Source: an uncultured Alphaproteobacteria bacterium (GTDB lineage: Bacteria > Pseudomonadota > Alphaproteobacteria > Rhizobiales > Aestuariivirgaceae). Taken from it: a stretch of 64,000 bases of DNA. The notes under the pieces were generated by a model. That model did no database searches. It saw nothing but the letters and a program-made list of their open reading frames with translations, and had not been told where the DNA came from. Below are positions 44,315 to 56,000 of this stretch, one piece after another. A program made the translations under genes and the position numbers. The stretch spans positions 16,600 to 80,599 of the forward strand of contig CAWJXD010000014.1 in NCBI GenBank assembly GCA_963846785.1, in the 5' to 3' direction. The first letter of the stretch is position 1. The number at the start of each line of letters is the position of its first letter.

Positions 44315-45406
44315 TCAGGGTCTGACGTTTCTTGAATATGTGCCTTGCGACCACTGATACCAGTCCAGGCGCGAGGGCGAAACATCCCCTTTGCTGTTGA
44401 AGCGCACAGCTGACAAGACGGTATCAAATTCCACACCGGACTTGAGGTAATCGGCCATGGCCCGCCCATCATTGACGGATTTGGCTTTGGCAGCCGCCGC
44501 AAATATTTGCACAGCTGCATAAGAGGGCAGGGCCGCCCCGTCCGTCGCTTTCCCGGTTGCCGCCATCGAAGCCAGGACCCGTTGCGCCTTGGGCGATGCG
44601 GCAGGGTCGGCAGCAAACGTCACCAAAGTGCCTTCACCCGTAGCGCCAGCCTGCTCCCAATAAGCGTCAACCAAAAGCGAATCCGCACCATAGATTGGCA
44701 CGCGCACAAGTGCATCCCGCAAGCCAGCAGTGACAATACCCGCCTCCTGCCCGGCACACGCCATGTAAACAGCGCCAATGCCACCTGCCGAAATGGCTGC
44801 AACAGCCTCGGGGAAAGACTTGTTGCCAGGCTTGATGACGATTTGCAAAGCTCCAGAGAACTTCGCGACCATGGCAGAAGTTCCGGGTGTACCGTCTGTC
44901 ACAACTGCGATCTTTGCATTCGGTAGATCTTTTGAAATGCGAGTAAAGGCGATATCAGCCTGCGCATCATCGCGCGTCGCGAGCCGTACAACGTTCCAGC
45001 GGTCATCATCCGTGAGACGTGGATTGCTGGCCGTTGGAGCGATCATGACAATATCGGCCTTGCCATAGACATCTGCCGCAGCGAGAGCCGCACCAGAACA
45101 AAAATGCCCGATAACAGCGCGCACATCTTTCGACACAAATTCCTGAGCAACACCAACAGCGCGGCGTGCATCACAACCATCGTCACCGGTAACAACTGCC
45201 AGTCGCTCACCATTTATGCCGCCCTCGGCATTGATGAGGTCAACGGCGGCCTGCGCTCCTGCCTTCATCTGTTCACCAAAGACCGCAGTTTGGCCGGTAA
45301 ACGGTCCAGCAACGCCAATGAGAATATCTGCAAATGCCGAAATTGCCAAAATAGGCAAAAGCGCAAGTGGCAGTACCAGGCCCCGAACTATCACACGAGT
45401 CTCCAT
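44315..45406 (-). CDS. Branched-chain amino acid ABC substrate-binding protein, divergent paralog
   Basis: GVAGPFTG, INAEGGING, DDGCD, GHFCSG and FNSKGD motifs; middle region diverged from LivK. Confidence 0.8.
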   Translation of the reverse strand: METRVIVRGLVLPLALLPILAISAFADILIGVAGPFTGQTAVFGEQMKAGAQAAVDLINAEGGINGERLAVVTGDDGCDARRAVGVAQEFVSKDVRAVIGHFCSGAALAAADVYGKADIVMIAPTASNPRLTDDDRWNVVRLATRDDAQADIAFTRISKDLPNAKIAVVTDGTPGTSAMVAKFSGALQIVIKPGNKSFPEAVAAISAGGIGAVYMACAGQEAGIVTAGLRDALVRVPIYGADSLLVDAYWEQAGATGEGTLVTFAADPAASPKAQRVLASMAATGKATDGAALPSYAAVQIFAAAAKAKSVNDGRAMADYLKSGVEFDTVLSAVRFNSKGDVSPSRLDWYQWSQGTYSRNVRP

Positions 45407-45478
45407 TGTGGGCGGCAAGTTACTTGGCGCATTCGCGCTGCACAAGTACAGCTTGGAAAAGAAACACGCAAAACAAAA

Positions 45479-45503
45479 CCGCCCGGAAACAGGTTCCGGG
45501 CGG
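45479..45503 (-). terminator. Intrinsic terminator after livK
   Basis: CCGCCCGGAA-acagg-TTCCGGGCGG with an adjacent A-rich run (U-tail on the minus strand). Confidence 0.75.
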
Positions 45504-45528
45504 CTCGTTATCAATTCAGAAGGAGAGA

Positions 45529-46647
45529 TCAGTTCTCAATGTAGGTGAAGCTGCCGTCGGCCTGCTTCTTCCATGTGTAGAGAACATAGTCTGGACGTGT
45601 GATGTCGCCCTTGGCATCGTAGCCAATCTCGCCGATGGCAGTGGCCCATGGGCCGTTGGCCTTCATGGCAGCTGCAACAGCCTGTGCATCATCGCTCTTG
45701 CCAACCTTGTTGGCGGCAGCGGCAATGATTTGCAGACCAGCATAGCTATACAGTGTGTAGGCTTCAGGTTCGAAACCGGCAGCGCGGAACTTCTCGACGA
45801 GGTCCTTTGCATTTGGGTTCTTGCGTGGATCTGGAGCAAACGTCATCAACGTGCCTTCAACTGCCGGACCAGCAATCGAAGCGAGTTCGTTCGACACAAT
45901 GCCATCGCCGGACATGAATGTTGCTGTCAGGCCAGCATCAGCTGCCTGACGCTTCAGCAAGCCGAATTCCGTGTGCAAGCCACCGAAGTATACGAACGAA
46001 ACGCCCGCGTCCTTCATCTTGGTGATCAGCGCAGAGAAATCCTTGTCGCCAACGTTGACGCCTTCATAGATTGCTTCGGTGACGCCAGCTGCAGCAGCAG
46101 CCTTCTTTGTTTCGTCGGCAAGACCTTGGCCATATGGTGTCTTGTCATGGATGACAGCAACCTTGGCATCCTTGAAGTTGGCGGCAATGTAGTTGCCAGC
46201 AACCGCACCCTGCTGGTCATCACGACCGCAAGTACGGAAGGTGTTCCACAGGCCACGCTCGGTGAGCTTTGGATTTGTCGCCGATGGGGTGATCACGAGC
46301 ACGCCGTTTTCAGCATAAACTTCCGATGCTGGAATCGTGACGCCTGAGTTGAAGTGACCGACTACATACTTGACGCCATCAGCAACAAATTTGTTGGCAA
46401 CGGAAACGCCCTGCTTGGCATCCGAAACGTCGTCGCCGAATACCAGCTTGATCTGTTCGCCGTTGATGCCACCAGCGGCATTGATGTCGGCAGCAGCTTG
46501 CTCAGCACCTTTTTGCAACTGAGCACCAAAAGCGGCGTTTGGACCTGTCAATGGTCCTGCAACGCCCACGAGGATGTCGGCCCAAGCAGCTGGGCTAAGG
46601 GCGATTGCAGCCAAAACGGCAATGCCTGACAAAAGTGATTTCTTCAT
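45529..46647 (-). CDS. livK: Branched-chain amino acid ABC substrate-binding protein
   Basis: Signal peptide; [22 protein letters not shown] and [11 protein letters not shown] motifs. Confidence 0.93.
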   Translation of the reverse strand: MKKSLLSGIAVLAAIALSPAAWADILVGVAGPLTGPNAAFGAQLQKGAEQAAADINAAGGINGEQIKLVFGDDVSDAKQGVSVANKFVADGVKYVVGHFNSGVTIPASEVYAENGVLVITPSATNPKLTERGLWNTFRTCGRDDQQGAVAGNYIAANFKDAKVAVIHDKTPYGQGLADETKKAAAAAGVTEAIYEGVNVGDKDFSALITKMKDAGVSFVYFGGLHTEFGLLKRQAADAGLTATFMSGDGIVSNELASIAGPAVEGTLMTFAPDPRKNPNAKDLVEKFRAAGFEPEAYTLYSYAGLQIIAAAANKVGKSDDAQAVAAAMKANGPWATAIGEIGYDAKGDITRPDYVLYTWKKQADGSFTYIEN

Positions 46648-46749
46648 TCTGTTCTCCCTGAATGGAATTGGGTATGGATTACCCTCGCTTTGGCAAGGCC
46701 ATCGCTTGGGTTTGTTTTTGGCCGATTTTCAGGCCGGTGTCACCAGAAT

Positions 46750-47109
46750 TTAGTGGTTTGAAGCACCATTTTTGGCACGCCAACTGAAAGGCGACGCCTT
46801 TTCATAGAGCCAGTGATACTGCTGGGTCATCTGGTTCGTTCGCGTCATCTGGTATCCCACCCACGTCATGACGGCGATAGGAACCATGTCGATCAGATAA
46901 TGGAAAATTGACAGAAAAGACGCCTCGTAGAGGGCAAAGTGAAGAAACCGGGACCCAGCTCCCAACAACAAGGCATAGACGATCAAAAACACTGGGCTTT
47001 TCCACTCAGTGGCCACAGATCGTCCCGTCATCCAGGCGGCGGCAAGCGTCAGCAGGAGAAACACATATTCGCCCGGCAACGCATGTCCAAGGATGATATC
47101 GTACAGCAT
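46750..47109 (-). CDS. Small membrane protein within the liv operon (DUF6867-like)
   Basis: AAWMTGRSVA...RFLHFAL...QMTQQYHWLYE; lies between livF and livK as in rhizobial liv operons. Confidence 0.75.
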   Translation of the reverse strand: MLYDIILGHALPGEYVFLLLTLAAAWMTGRSVATEWKSPVFLIVYALLLGAGSRFLHFALYEASFLSIFHYLIDMVPIAVMTWVGYQMTRTNQMTQQYHWLYEKASPFSWRAKNGASNH

Positions 47110-47117
47110 GTCGTCTC

Positions 47118-47849
47118 CTAATGCCCACCTTCGAGGTAAGCCGCCCGGACGTCCGGATTGACAAGGAGTTCCGCACCCGTGCCACTCATGGTGATCTGGC
47201 CGTTGACCATCACATAACCCCGGTGCGCCAGCTTGAGGGCACCAAACGCGTTTTGTTCGACCAGAAATACCGTCAGGCCTTTGCTCTTGTTCAAGCTCCG
47301 GATGGCGTCGAAAATTTGTTTTACGATGATCGGTGCGAGCCCCAAGGATGGTTCGTCCAGCAACAGCAGTTCGGGCCGGGCCATGAGAGCCCGTCCGATG
47401 GACAGCATTTGTTGCTCACCGCCCGAAAGGGTGCCGCCACGCTGGTTGATGCGCTCTTTCAAGCGGGGAAACAGTTGAAACACCTGTTCAGCATCTTCAT
47501 CAAAATACTTCAGATTGTCGAGGCTGGCTCCCATTTGCAGATTTTCTTTCACCGTCATGCGCGCAAAGATGCGGCGGCCTTCGGGAGACTGTGAAACGCG
47601 CATGCGGGCAATGTCGTGCGTCGCGAGCCCAGTGATGTCTTTGCCATTGAACTCAATCGTTCCACGTCGGGCTTTGGGGCTGCCGCAAATTGTCATCATG
47701 GTTGTGGATTTGCCAGCACCATTGGCACCGATCATAGCAACGATTTCACCACGATGCACATCCATGTCAATGCCCCTGAGGGCTTGGATATTGCCGTAAA
47801 ACGTTTCGACGCCCCGGACTTTGAGCAATGCATCTCCTTGCCCAGTCAT
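47118..47849 (-). CDS. livF: BCAA ABC ATP-binding protein
   Basis: GANGAGKST, LSGGEQQML and LDEPSLGLAP motifs. Confidence 0.94.
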   Translation of the reverse strand: MTGQGDALLKVRGVETFYGNIQALRGIDMDVHRGEIVAMIGANGAGKSTTMMTICGSPKARRGTIEFNGKDITGLATHDIARMRVSQSPEGRRIFARMTVKENLQMGASLDNLKYFDEDAEQVFQLFPRLKERINQRGGTLSGGEQQMLSIGRALMARPELLLLDEPSLGLAPIIVKQIFDAIRSLNKSKGLTVFLVEQNAFGALKLAHRGYVMVNGQITMSGTGAELLVNPDVRAAYLEGGH

Positions 47850-48691
47850 GTCCGCGCTCCGGCCTTGGCGAGTGTTGCAGCAGCTTCATCTTCATCAACG
47901 CCCAGGTAAGCAGCAATAACCCGGGGATCAGACTTGACCTGTGATGGAGGGCCGTCGGCAATCTTGATGCCGTACTCCAGCACGACAACCTTGTCGGATA
48001 TTCCCATCACGACCGACATGTCATGCTCGATCAAGAGAATAGATGTACCGGTTTCATCGCGAATGCCGCGCAATAGAGAATTGAGTTCCAGTGACTCTTT
48101 CGGATTAAGTCCTGCGGCCGGTTCGTCCAGACACAAGAGCTCAGGTTCAGTGCACATGGCGCGGGCAATTTCAAGCCGCCGCTGTGCCCCATAGGGAAGA
48201 TCGCCAGCGGGTTGATCGGCTCGGTCTACAAGTCCGATGCGGGTCAGCCAGCGCCGAGCGTTATCTACTGATTGCGCTGACGCGTCCCGATACGACTTCG
48301 CCCCAAACATGCCAAGAATGGTAAAGCCCGACGCCTTCATGAGTTGATTGTGCTGCGCCACGAGGAGATTCTCGAGCAGGGTCAGTCCGGTGAACAACCT
48401 GATATTCTGAAATGTGCGCGCCACTTTTGCTTTGTGGTTCACATCGTGGTCCGCCATACGTTCCAACAAGAATTCCTGACCGTTCTCGCGGACCAGCGTC
48501 ATCATGCCATGGGTGGGCTTGTAAAAACCAGTGATGCAATTGAACACGGTCGTCTTGCCTGCACCATTCGGTCCGATCAAAGCGGTGATGTCGCCCCGTC
48601 GCGCTTCAAAGCTCAGGTCATTGATTGCCGTTAAACCGCCGAAAATCATCGACAGGTGATCGACTTTGAGAACGGCTTGAGATGACGCCAT
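47846..48691 (-). CDS. livG: BCAA ABC ATP-binding protein
   Basis: GPNGAGKTT, ARTFQNIRLF, LPYGAQRRLE, LDEPAAGLN and IEHDM motifs. Confidence 0.94.
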   Translation of the reverse strand: MASSQAVLKVDHLSMIFGGLTAINDLSFEARRGDITALIGPNGAGKTTVFNCITGFYKPTHGMMTLVRENGQEFLLERMADHDVNHKAKVARTFQNIRLFTGLTLLENLLVAQHNQLMKASGFTILGMFGAKSYRDASAQSVDNARRWLTRIGLVDRADQPAGDLPYGAQRRLEIARAMCTEPELLCLDEPAAGLNPKESLELNSLLRGIRDETGTSILLIEHDMSVVMGISDKVVVLEYGIKIADGPPSQVKSDPRVIAAYLGVDEDEAAATLAKAGART

Positions 48692-50073
48692 CAGCCGTGA
48701 CCCTCTTTGGAAAACTCACCGGAAATGCTCTTGTGGTCAGCATGAAGAAACGCTGTCGGTTCCCGCGTGCCTACAAAACCGCGCGGTTTGTAAAGCATGA
48801 CAACAACCATGGCCAAACCGAAAATCAACATCCGATAAAGTTCCGGTGTGAAATCCTTGCCGAATATTTCTTTCAGGAAGTCGAGCTGGCGCAGGAGTTC
48901 CGTTCCACCAATCATGACGATGGCCGCGATGGCGATGCCGGTGAGCGAACCCATGCCACCTAAAACCACGATGGCAAGAATGACAGCAGACTCGAGATAG
49001 ACAAAGCTTTCAGGCGAAACAAAGCCTTGCCGCACGGCAAAGAAAGCACCTGCAAATCCGCCAAACATGGCACCAATCGCGAACGCCGTCAGCTTTGTGG
49101 TGGTCGTATTGATACCCAACGATCGGCATGCAATTTCATCTTCGCGCAGCGCTTCCCACGCCCGGCCAATAGGCAGGCGCCGCAACCGGATCGTCACGTA
49201 GGCCGTCAACATCGCCAGTGCGAGAATGAGATAATACAGGAATATTTTATAATAGGCCGACGATGGTGGCAGCCCGTACATGGCGGCAAATCCATCTTTT
49301 GAGGCATTGAATTGAATGCCAAAGAGGGTAGCCTTGGCAATCCCGGAGATGCCAAATGTGCCTTGGGTGACCGCCGTCCAGTTGATCAGGACGAGACGAA
49401 TGATTTCACCAAACGCCAACGTGACAATGGCCAGATAATCACCACGCAGTCGCAACACTGGAAATCCAAGGATCAGACCCCAGAAGCCCGCAAGGATACC
49501 GGCCAGAGGCAGGAGAATCCAGAACGACAATCCGAAATGTGACGACAGCAACGCGTATGAGTAAGCACCAACAGCGTAGAACGCCACATATCCGAGATCC
49601 AAAAGGCCAGCGAGCCCCACAACGATGTTGAGACCCCATGCGAGCATAACATAGATCAGAATCTGGATCCCAAAATTATCGACCCATTTGAGCGAACCCT
49701 GGATGCCGAACAACAACAGAATGATCGGCGGATAAAGCAACAAGAAGGCCAAAGCGATGGCGTTGAAATGTGTTTTAAACCAGCTTTGTTCGGTGGACGC
49801 CAAAGTCTTGGTCGCTGCCTTTTGCGCCTTTCTGTCTGCAAGCCATGGATTGACAAAGGCCGACATCATGAACCGGGCCACCATTGTCACGCCTACGACG
49901 ATTGCCAACAGGCCCCAACGCTGCACAAGAATAAGTTCATTCCGAATGTTTTGGTCTGTTCTGATACCGATCAAGAGGACAAACATGCCGAAAGCGAGAA
50001 GTCCCGCAATAAGCGCGTCACGGAACGCATTGCTCATAATGGAAGGCGATTGATCAAGCCGCGGTGCAGACAT
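48691..50073 (-). CDS. livM: BCAA ABC permease
   Basis: [31 protein letters not shown] and [11 protein letters not shown] motifs. Confidence 0.94.
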   Translation of the reverse strand: MSAPRLDQSPSIMSNAFRDALIAGLLAFGMFVLLIGIRTDQNIRNELILVQRWGLLAIVVGVTMVARFMMSAFVNPWLADRKAQKAATKTLASTEQSWFKTHFNAIALAFLLLYPPIILLLFGIQGSLKWVDNFGIQILIYVMLAWGLNIVVGLAGLLDLGYVAFYAVGAYSYALLSSHFGLSFWILLPLAGILAGFWGLILGFPVLRLRGDYLAIVTLAFGEIIRLVLINWTAVTQGTFGISGIAKATLFGIQFNASKDGFAAMYGLPPSSAYYKIFLYYLILALAMLTAYVTIRLRRLPIGRAWEALREDEIACRSLGINTTTTKLTAFAIGAMFGGFAGAFFAVRQGFVSPESFVYLESAVILAIVVLGGMGSLTGIAIAAIVMIGGTELLRQLDFLKEIFGKDFTPELYRMLIFGLAMVVVMLYKPRGFVGTREPTAFLHADHKSISGEFSKEGHG

Positions 50074-50075
50074 GC

Positions 50076-50984
50076 CTATACCTTTTCAACTTCTGGCCGG
50101 CCAAGCAGACCTGATGGCATGAAGATCAAAACGACGGCAAGGATAGAGAAGGCCGCCACGTCTTTATAATCAATCGTGAAATAACCCGACCAGAAAGCTT
50201 CAATAAGTCCAATCAACAAACCACCTAAAACAGCTCCGGGCAGCGATCCGATTCCGCCAAGAACAGCTGCCGTGAAGGCTTTGACACCAGGGACAAACCC
50301 GTCAGAGAAAACAATGACGCCATAATATGTAAGATACAACGTTCCGGCGACGGCGGCGAGTGCGGCACCCATGATGAACGTAATCGAAATCGTGCGGTCG
50401 ACATCAATGCCAAGCAGGGCCGCCATTTTGCGGTCTTGCTCACAAGCTCTCTGCGCGCGACCCAAAGGAGTCTTGTTGACAATATACCAGAATATCGCGA
50501 GCAACGCCGCGGTCACTGTAAAAATCAGTAGCTGCTTATATGAAACAGTCACATCGAGTCCGAAGATTTCGAATGAGCCTGAAACCAGCGAAGGTATAGG
50601 CTTGTTGCGTGGCCCTTGGGCGACTTGCAGAAAATTCGACAGAATGATCGACATGCCAATCGCTGTGATCAGCGGCGCCAAGCGGAACGAACCACGCAAT
50701 GGCCGGTAAGCCACCCGTTCGATGACCCAGTTCCACAGACTTGTGCCAAGAATCGCCACCGCCATCATGACGCTGAGCGCGATCGCGGTTGGCATGCCCC
50801 CAAACCAGGATACCAAAATCAAATACACAATGAGCGCAAAGAACGCACCGACCGTGAACACATCGCCATGAGCGAAGTTGATCATCCCAATGATGCCGTA
50901 AACCATCGTGTAACCGATGGCGATAAGGCCGTAGATGGAGCCGAGTGTAAGGCCGTTAATGAGCTGCTGGAGAAAGTACTCCAA
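50076..50984 (-). CDS. livH: BCAA ABC permease
   Basis: [18 protein letters not shown] and [12 protein letters not shown] motifs. Confidence 0.94.
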   Translation of the reverse strand: MEYFLQQLINGLTLGSIYGLIAIGYTMVYGIIGMINFAHGDVFTVGAFFALIVYLILVSWFGGMPTAIALSVMMAVAILGTSLWNWVIERVAYRPLRGSFRLAPLITAIGMSIILSNFLQVAQGPRNKPIPSLVSGSFEIFGLDVTVSYKQLLIFTVTAALLAIFWYIVNKTPLGRAQRACEQDRKMAALLGIDVDRTISITFIMGAALAAVAGTLYLTYYGVIVFSDGFVPGVKAFTAAVLGGIGSLPGAVLGGLLIGLIEAFWSGYFTIDYKDVAAFSILAVVLIFMPSGLLGRPEVEKV

Positions 50985-51131
50985 AGCGCCCCCCTATTTT
51001 GAAGCGTTATTTTATGTCCCCGGTTCATGGCGCGACCGAAGTGAGCTCGTTCTAGGGGACTAACATGGTGAATACAAGTATAACAATCGGCCAAACGGGG
51101 GCTGTGAAGAAGCGTGATACAAGTATATGAA

Positions 51132-51192
51132 AATGAACGTTCATTCATTCCTCTTGACTCACTGGGGTTGAAATGAGAATGAACGTTTATTC
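51132..51192. promoter_or_regulatory. Two palindromic TetR-type operators
   Basis: AATGAACGTTCATT (perfect, 51132-51145) and GAATGAACGTTTATTC (near-perfect, 51177-51192), flanking TTGACT at 51154. Confidence 0.7.
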
Positions 51193-51200
51193 AATCCACC

Positions 51201-51876
51201 ATGGATGACGTAATGAAAAACGCCGCACTCTCCATCGATATCTCGCCCAAGACCGAAGCAAGGCGGGTCCATATCCTGGAGGCCGCCCAATCTGTGTTCA
51301 CAAAAAAAGGCTTCGAAGTCGCAACAATGCAGGATGTGGCGGCGGGCTGCAGCATGAGCGCCGGCAATCTCTATCGCTATTTCGATTCCAAAGCGGCCCT
51401 GGTGCAGGGTTTGGTTGAGCGTGACAGGGCTGAAATGGGTGCGCGATTTGAAGAACTTGCCCACGCACCGAACCAAATTGAAGGATTTCGAAAAACTGGG
51501 ACGCGAGTATCTTCGTAGTGAAGTTATTCGGAAGGCTCCGCTGACATTGGAAATCTGGGCCGCGTGCGCCAGGAGACCGGAACTGCATGGACCGTGTCTG
51601 GCAATGGAAAAAGCAGTGTCTGCAAACATGCTGGCTTTCGTAAAACGAGCTTCATCTGAGGCTGGAGTTGCTCCGAATGTCGATGCACAGCTGGTGACAC
51701 ATCTTGTCATGGTATTGGCGCAAAACATATTTCGTGACGCAGTTTTAAAACCTGATCACGACATCGACCGGGATTTGGATATCATGTTTGCGACTGTGCG
51801 CGCAGCCTTGGCAGGCCTGATACAGATCCCCATATCAACACCCGGCGGAAGTACCCAAATGGAGAGCGGATCATGA
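51201..51876 (+). CDS. TetR/AcrR family regulator; one +1 frameshift near 51488
   Basis: HTH (ILEAA...KGFEVATMQDVA...GNLYRYFDSK) in ORF 51201-51518, continuing in ORF 51415-51876; removing one T gives 224 aa; ATGA overlap with the MFP gene. Confidence 0.85.
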
Positions 51877-53066
51877 CACGTAATAATCTTCGTCGTTTCC
51901 TTGTAGCAGTTGCTGTGACCACAAGTCTCTCAGCGCCGCAAGTTGCTTGGTCCGCAGAATCGACCACAGATACCAAAACGACCCCCGCGCCGCCGTCCAT
52001 ATCGGTGCTGGTCGCGGAAAAAAAACCGATAGCGGAAAAGCTCACGGTGTCAGGCAGTTTTGCTGCCGGCGAACTCGTGCTCGTGACACCGGAAGTTGAA
52101 GGTTTTGCGGTGAATGAAATTCTCGCAGAAGAAGGTGATACCGTTGCATTAGGGCAGGTCTTGGCAAGGCTTTCGACGTCTCAGATAGACATCCAGATTG
52201 CCCAGACCAAAGCCAACATTGCGCGTAATGACGCCGCTATTGCACAAGCAAGAAATCAGATTGAACAGGCGGGCATCAGTGCAGAGAGAGCAATCTCGGA
52301 CTTGAACCGAACCAAGAAACTTCGGTCAAGCGGCGTCAGTTCCTTAGAGCAATTTGACCAACGCGAAGCGGCATACAATTTGGCGGCATCGCAACTCGAG
52401 GCAGCGAAACTCGCACTTGATGTCACCAAGGCAGATCGCATGGTCATCGACGCCCAAATGTCAGAACTCGACTTGCGCCGTGCCCGCACAGAAATCAAGG
52501 CTCCGGTCGCTGGTTACATCAGTCGGCGCACGGTGCAGATTGGCAGCATTGCGTCAGGCAGCCGGGATGCCATGTTCAACATCGTGGCAAATGGCACTGT
52601 GAAGCTCTTGGCGGAAGTACCTGAATCAGATTTGCCTAAAGTCAAGGTTGGCCAGATCGCAAACATCGTTGTGAACGGTTACGACAAACCTATCGAAGGT
52701 ACGGTTAAACTGATTTCTCCTGAAGTGAATGAAACCTCCCGCATCGGTTTTGCCCATATCCGCGTGGCCGACGGCGTTCGCATTCCGCTGGGCAGCTTTG
52801 GTCGCGCTGAAATAAATCTTGCCGCGTCTGACGGCGTGGCTTTGCCCTTGACGGCGGTCACATTCGGGGAAGATGGCCCCACAGTGCAACTCGTCGTCGC
52901 TGGAAAAATCGTTGAGCGCAAAGTCATTACAGGCCTCGTTGGCACCAACGACATTGAAATCACCAATGGTGTCAATCCAGGCGACCAGGTTGTCGCCCGT
53001 GCAGGCAGCTTTGTGCGCGACGGCGATGCCGTTTCTCCAATTGTCTTAACCAGTGCCAAGCAATGA
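51873..53066 (+). CDS. RND efflux periplasmic adaptor (MFP)
   Basis: Signal region, lipoyl-hairpin motifs (EEGDTVALGQVLARL, EIKAPVAG), C-terminal GVNPGDQVV. Confidence 0.92.
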   Translation: MTRNNLRRFLVAVAVTTSLSAPQVAWSAESTTDTKTTPAPPSISVLVAEKKPIAEKLTVSGSFAAGELVLVTPEVEGFAVNEILAEEGDTVALGQVLARLSTSQIDIQIAQTKANIARNDAAIAQARNQIEQAGISAERAISDLNRTKKLRSSGVSSLEQFDQREAAYNLAASQLEAAKLALDVTKADRMVIDAQMSELDLRRARTEIKAPVAGYISRRTVQIGSIASGSRDAMFNIVANGTVKLLAEVPESDLPKVKVGQIANIVVNGYDKPIEGTVKLISPEVNETSRIGFAHIRVADGVRIPLGSFGRAEINLAASDGVALPLTAVTFGEDGPTVQLVVAGKIVERKVITGLVGTNDIEITNGVNPGDQVVARAGSFVRDGDAVSPIVLTSAKQ

Positions 53067-53076
53067 GTAACCAAAA

Positions 53077-56000
53077 ATGAATTTCAATTTTTCAGCTTGG
53101 GCAATCAGGAACCCGGTTCCACCCATTTTGCTTTTCATAATACTGTGCCTTGTCGGCTTGATGAGTTTCTCTCGCCTGCCAATCACGCAGTTTCCCAACA
53201 TCGATATTCCGTTGGTCGCGGTGACTGTGAGCCAACAGGGCGCCGCACCCGCCGAACTCGAAAGCCAGGTGACGAAGCGTGTTGAAGACGCTGTCTCGGC
53301 CATTACGGGGGTTAAACACATCCAGTCGACAATGGCCGACGGCGTGTCAACAACAGCAATTGAATTTCGTCTCGAAGTACCAACAGACAAGGCATTGGAC
53401 GACGTCAAAGACGCTATTACCAAGATTCGTTCAGATCTTCCCAGTTCGGTCGATGAACCTATCGTCCAGCGCATAGATGTGGAAGGCCAGGCCATCCAGA
53501 CCTATGCTGTATCCTCACCTGGCATGACGCTCGAAGAATTGTCATGGCACGTCGACGATGTCGTGAAGCGTGAAATACTGACACTTCCTGGCATTGGCCG
53601 CGTCGAACGCTACGGCGGTGTGGATCGCGAGATTCGTGTGGAACTGTTGCCCGATCGACTTCAGTCATTGGGTGTGACAGCGGCCGACGTCAACCGTCAG
53701 CTCAATGCGACGAACACCGACGTTGGCGCAGGCCGAGGTCAAGTGGGTGGCCGCGAACAGGCTATTCGCACTCTTGCCGGCGCCCGCACACTCGAAGACT
53801 TGAAATCCACCAAAATCAATCTTCCCGGTGATCGCCAAGTCACGCTTAGCGACATCGCAAAGGTCACAGACAGCAACGAGGAACAGCGCTCATTTGCAAG
53901 GTTCAATGGCGACAGCGTTGTTACATTCTCCGTCTTCCGCTCGAAAGGGGCGAGTTCATACGACGTTGGGAATAGTGTTGCTACAAAAGTTGAGGCCATG
54001 AGCAAGGCCAATTCCAATGTAAGTTTCGCGCTGGTCGATGACACCGTCTACTTCATCTATGGCAACTACATCTCCGCCATGGAGAACTTGATTGAAGGCG
54101 CACTCCTTGCAGTTTTAGTGGTGTTGATCTTCCTGCGTGACTGGCGCGCTACGTTGATTGCTGCAATCGCACTCCCTTTGTCCGCGATACCGACATTCTG
54201 GGCCATGAGTGCACTAGGTTTTTCATTGAACCTGGTTTCGTTGCTTGGCATCACCCTTGCTACGGGTATTCTGGTTGACGACGCCATCGTTGAGATTGAA
54301 AATATTGCCCGCCACATCAAGATGGGCAAATCCGCTTATCGCGCGTCTCTCGAAGCAGCCGATGAAATTGGCCTGGCCGTGATTGCGATTTCGCTCACCA
54401 TCATCGCTGTCTTCACACCAGTCTCTTTCATGAGTGGCGTCGTCGGACAATATTTCAAGCAGTTTGGCATGACAGTCGCAGTTGCTGTTGCATTCTCGCT
54501 GTTGGTTGCACGTCTAATTACCCCGATGATGGCCGCTTACCTCATGCGCGACCACAAGCATATAGAGCCGAAGGAAGGTCTATTTCTGCGGGGCTACATG
54601 AGTTTGCTTCGCACGTTGAATTGGGGACCCGTGATCCACCGCAAGCCTCGCACCGACGCCAATGGCAACGCGGTTCAGCGCCACTGGCAGCCGCGCATTA
54701 TGAGCTATGTCACGGTGGCCCTCGCAGGCTTGATTTTTTATGGGTCGACTGTTCTCACAAGTTACCTGCCGACCGGGTTGTTCCCGAAAGGCGATAAATC
54801 GCGCTTCGTGCTGCAAGTAGAACTCCCACCTGGTTCGCTTCTGGATGACACACTGAAGACGACAGACCTTCTTGCGGCACAGATCAAAAAACATCCTGAA
54901 GTGGCAAGCGTATTTGTCCTTGGGGGATCTACGCCAACAGGCGCGCTGGAACCGCGTTACGGCTCTGTGTTTGTCAATCTCAAGCATCGCGATGTCGGGT
55001 TGCTCACGGGGATTTTCAACCCTGTGATCAACGTACTGAACACAAAGTTTGGCTTTTCAATTGAGCCACTTCAAGCAGAAGGGCGCGTCAAACCGCAGGC
55101 AGATATCGAGGCAGAAATTCTTCCGCAGATTTCCAGTCTGCCGGATGTGCGTTGGGCCAAACTGTCTGACCGGAACACGCGCGAGGTAGAGTTCAACATC
55201 CTTTCAAATGATCCCGTTGCCCTTGCTGATTCAATTGCCAAACTTGAATCCAAACTCCGCACCGATGACATCTTGCTTGGCGTCATGGCCCAAGGTGGAC
55301 TTGATCGTCCCGAAATCAAATTGTCACCCAAGAAAGACGAGGCGGCATCCCTTGGCATTACGGCACAGCAGATTTCAGAAGCTGTGCGTGTTGCGACAAT
55401 TGGTGACTTTGGACCGCTCCTTGCGAAGTTCAACGCCGGTGACCGCCTGATCCCGATCCGCGTGCAGTTGCCTGAATCAGCGCGGGCCTCCTGGAGTGAA
55501 ATCACGGGGATTAAGATTATTTCTCCCGTCACCGGTCAGGCCGTGCCTTTGTCGTCGGTTGCCGATGTCACATTTTCGCGCGGCCCCAGTTCCATCAAGC
55601 GCTATGATCGTCAGCGCATGGCCACAATCGGTGCCGACTTCGTTCAGGGTGTGGAATTGGGAGATGCAATCAAGCGCATCGAAGACACCGCTAAAGCCCT
55701 GAACTTTCCGCCATCAGTCAAACTGCAGGCTGGCGGCGATGCTGAAATCCAGGGCGAAATCATGAGCGAATTCGCAAAGGCCGCAGGCCTCGGCGTTGTG
55801 CTCATGCTGGCTGTTTTGGTGCTCTTGCTCGGCAACATTTTCATGCCCTTCGCAATTCTGCTGTCCTTGCCCTTGTCAATTGGCGGCGTGGTGCTTGCAC
55901 TTCTCGCAACCAACAAGTCATTCTCAATGCCAGTTGTGATTGGCATGTTGATGCTCATTGGCATTGTCGCAAAAAATGCGATCATGTTGATCGACTTTGC

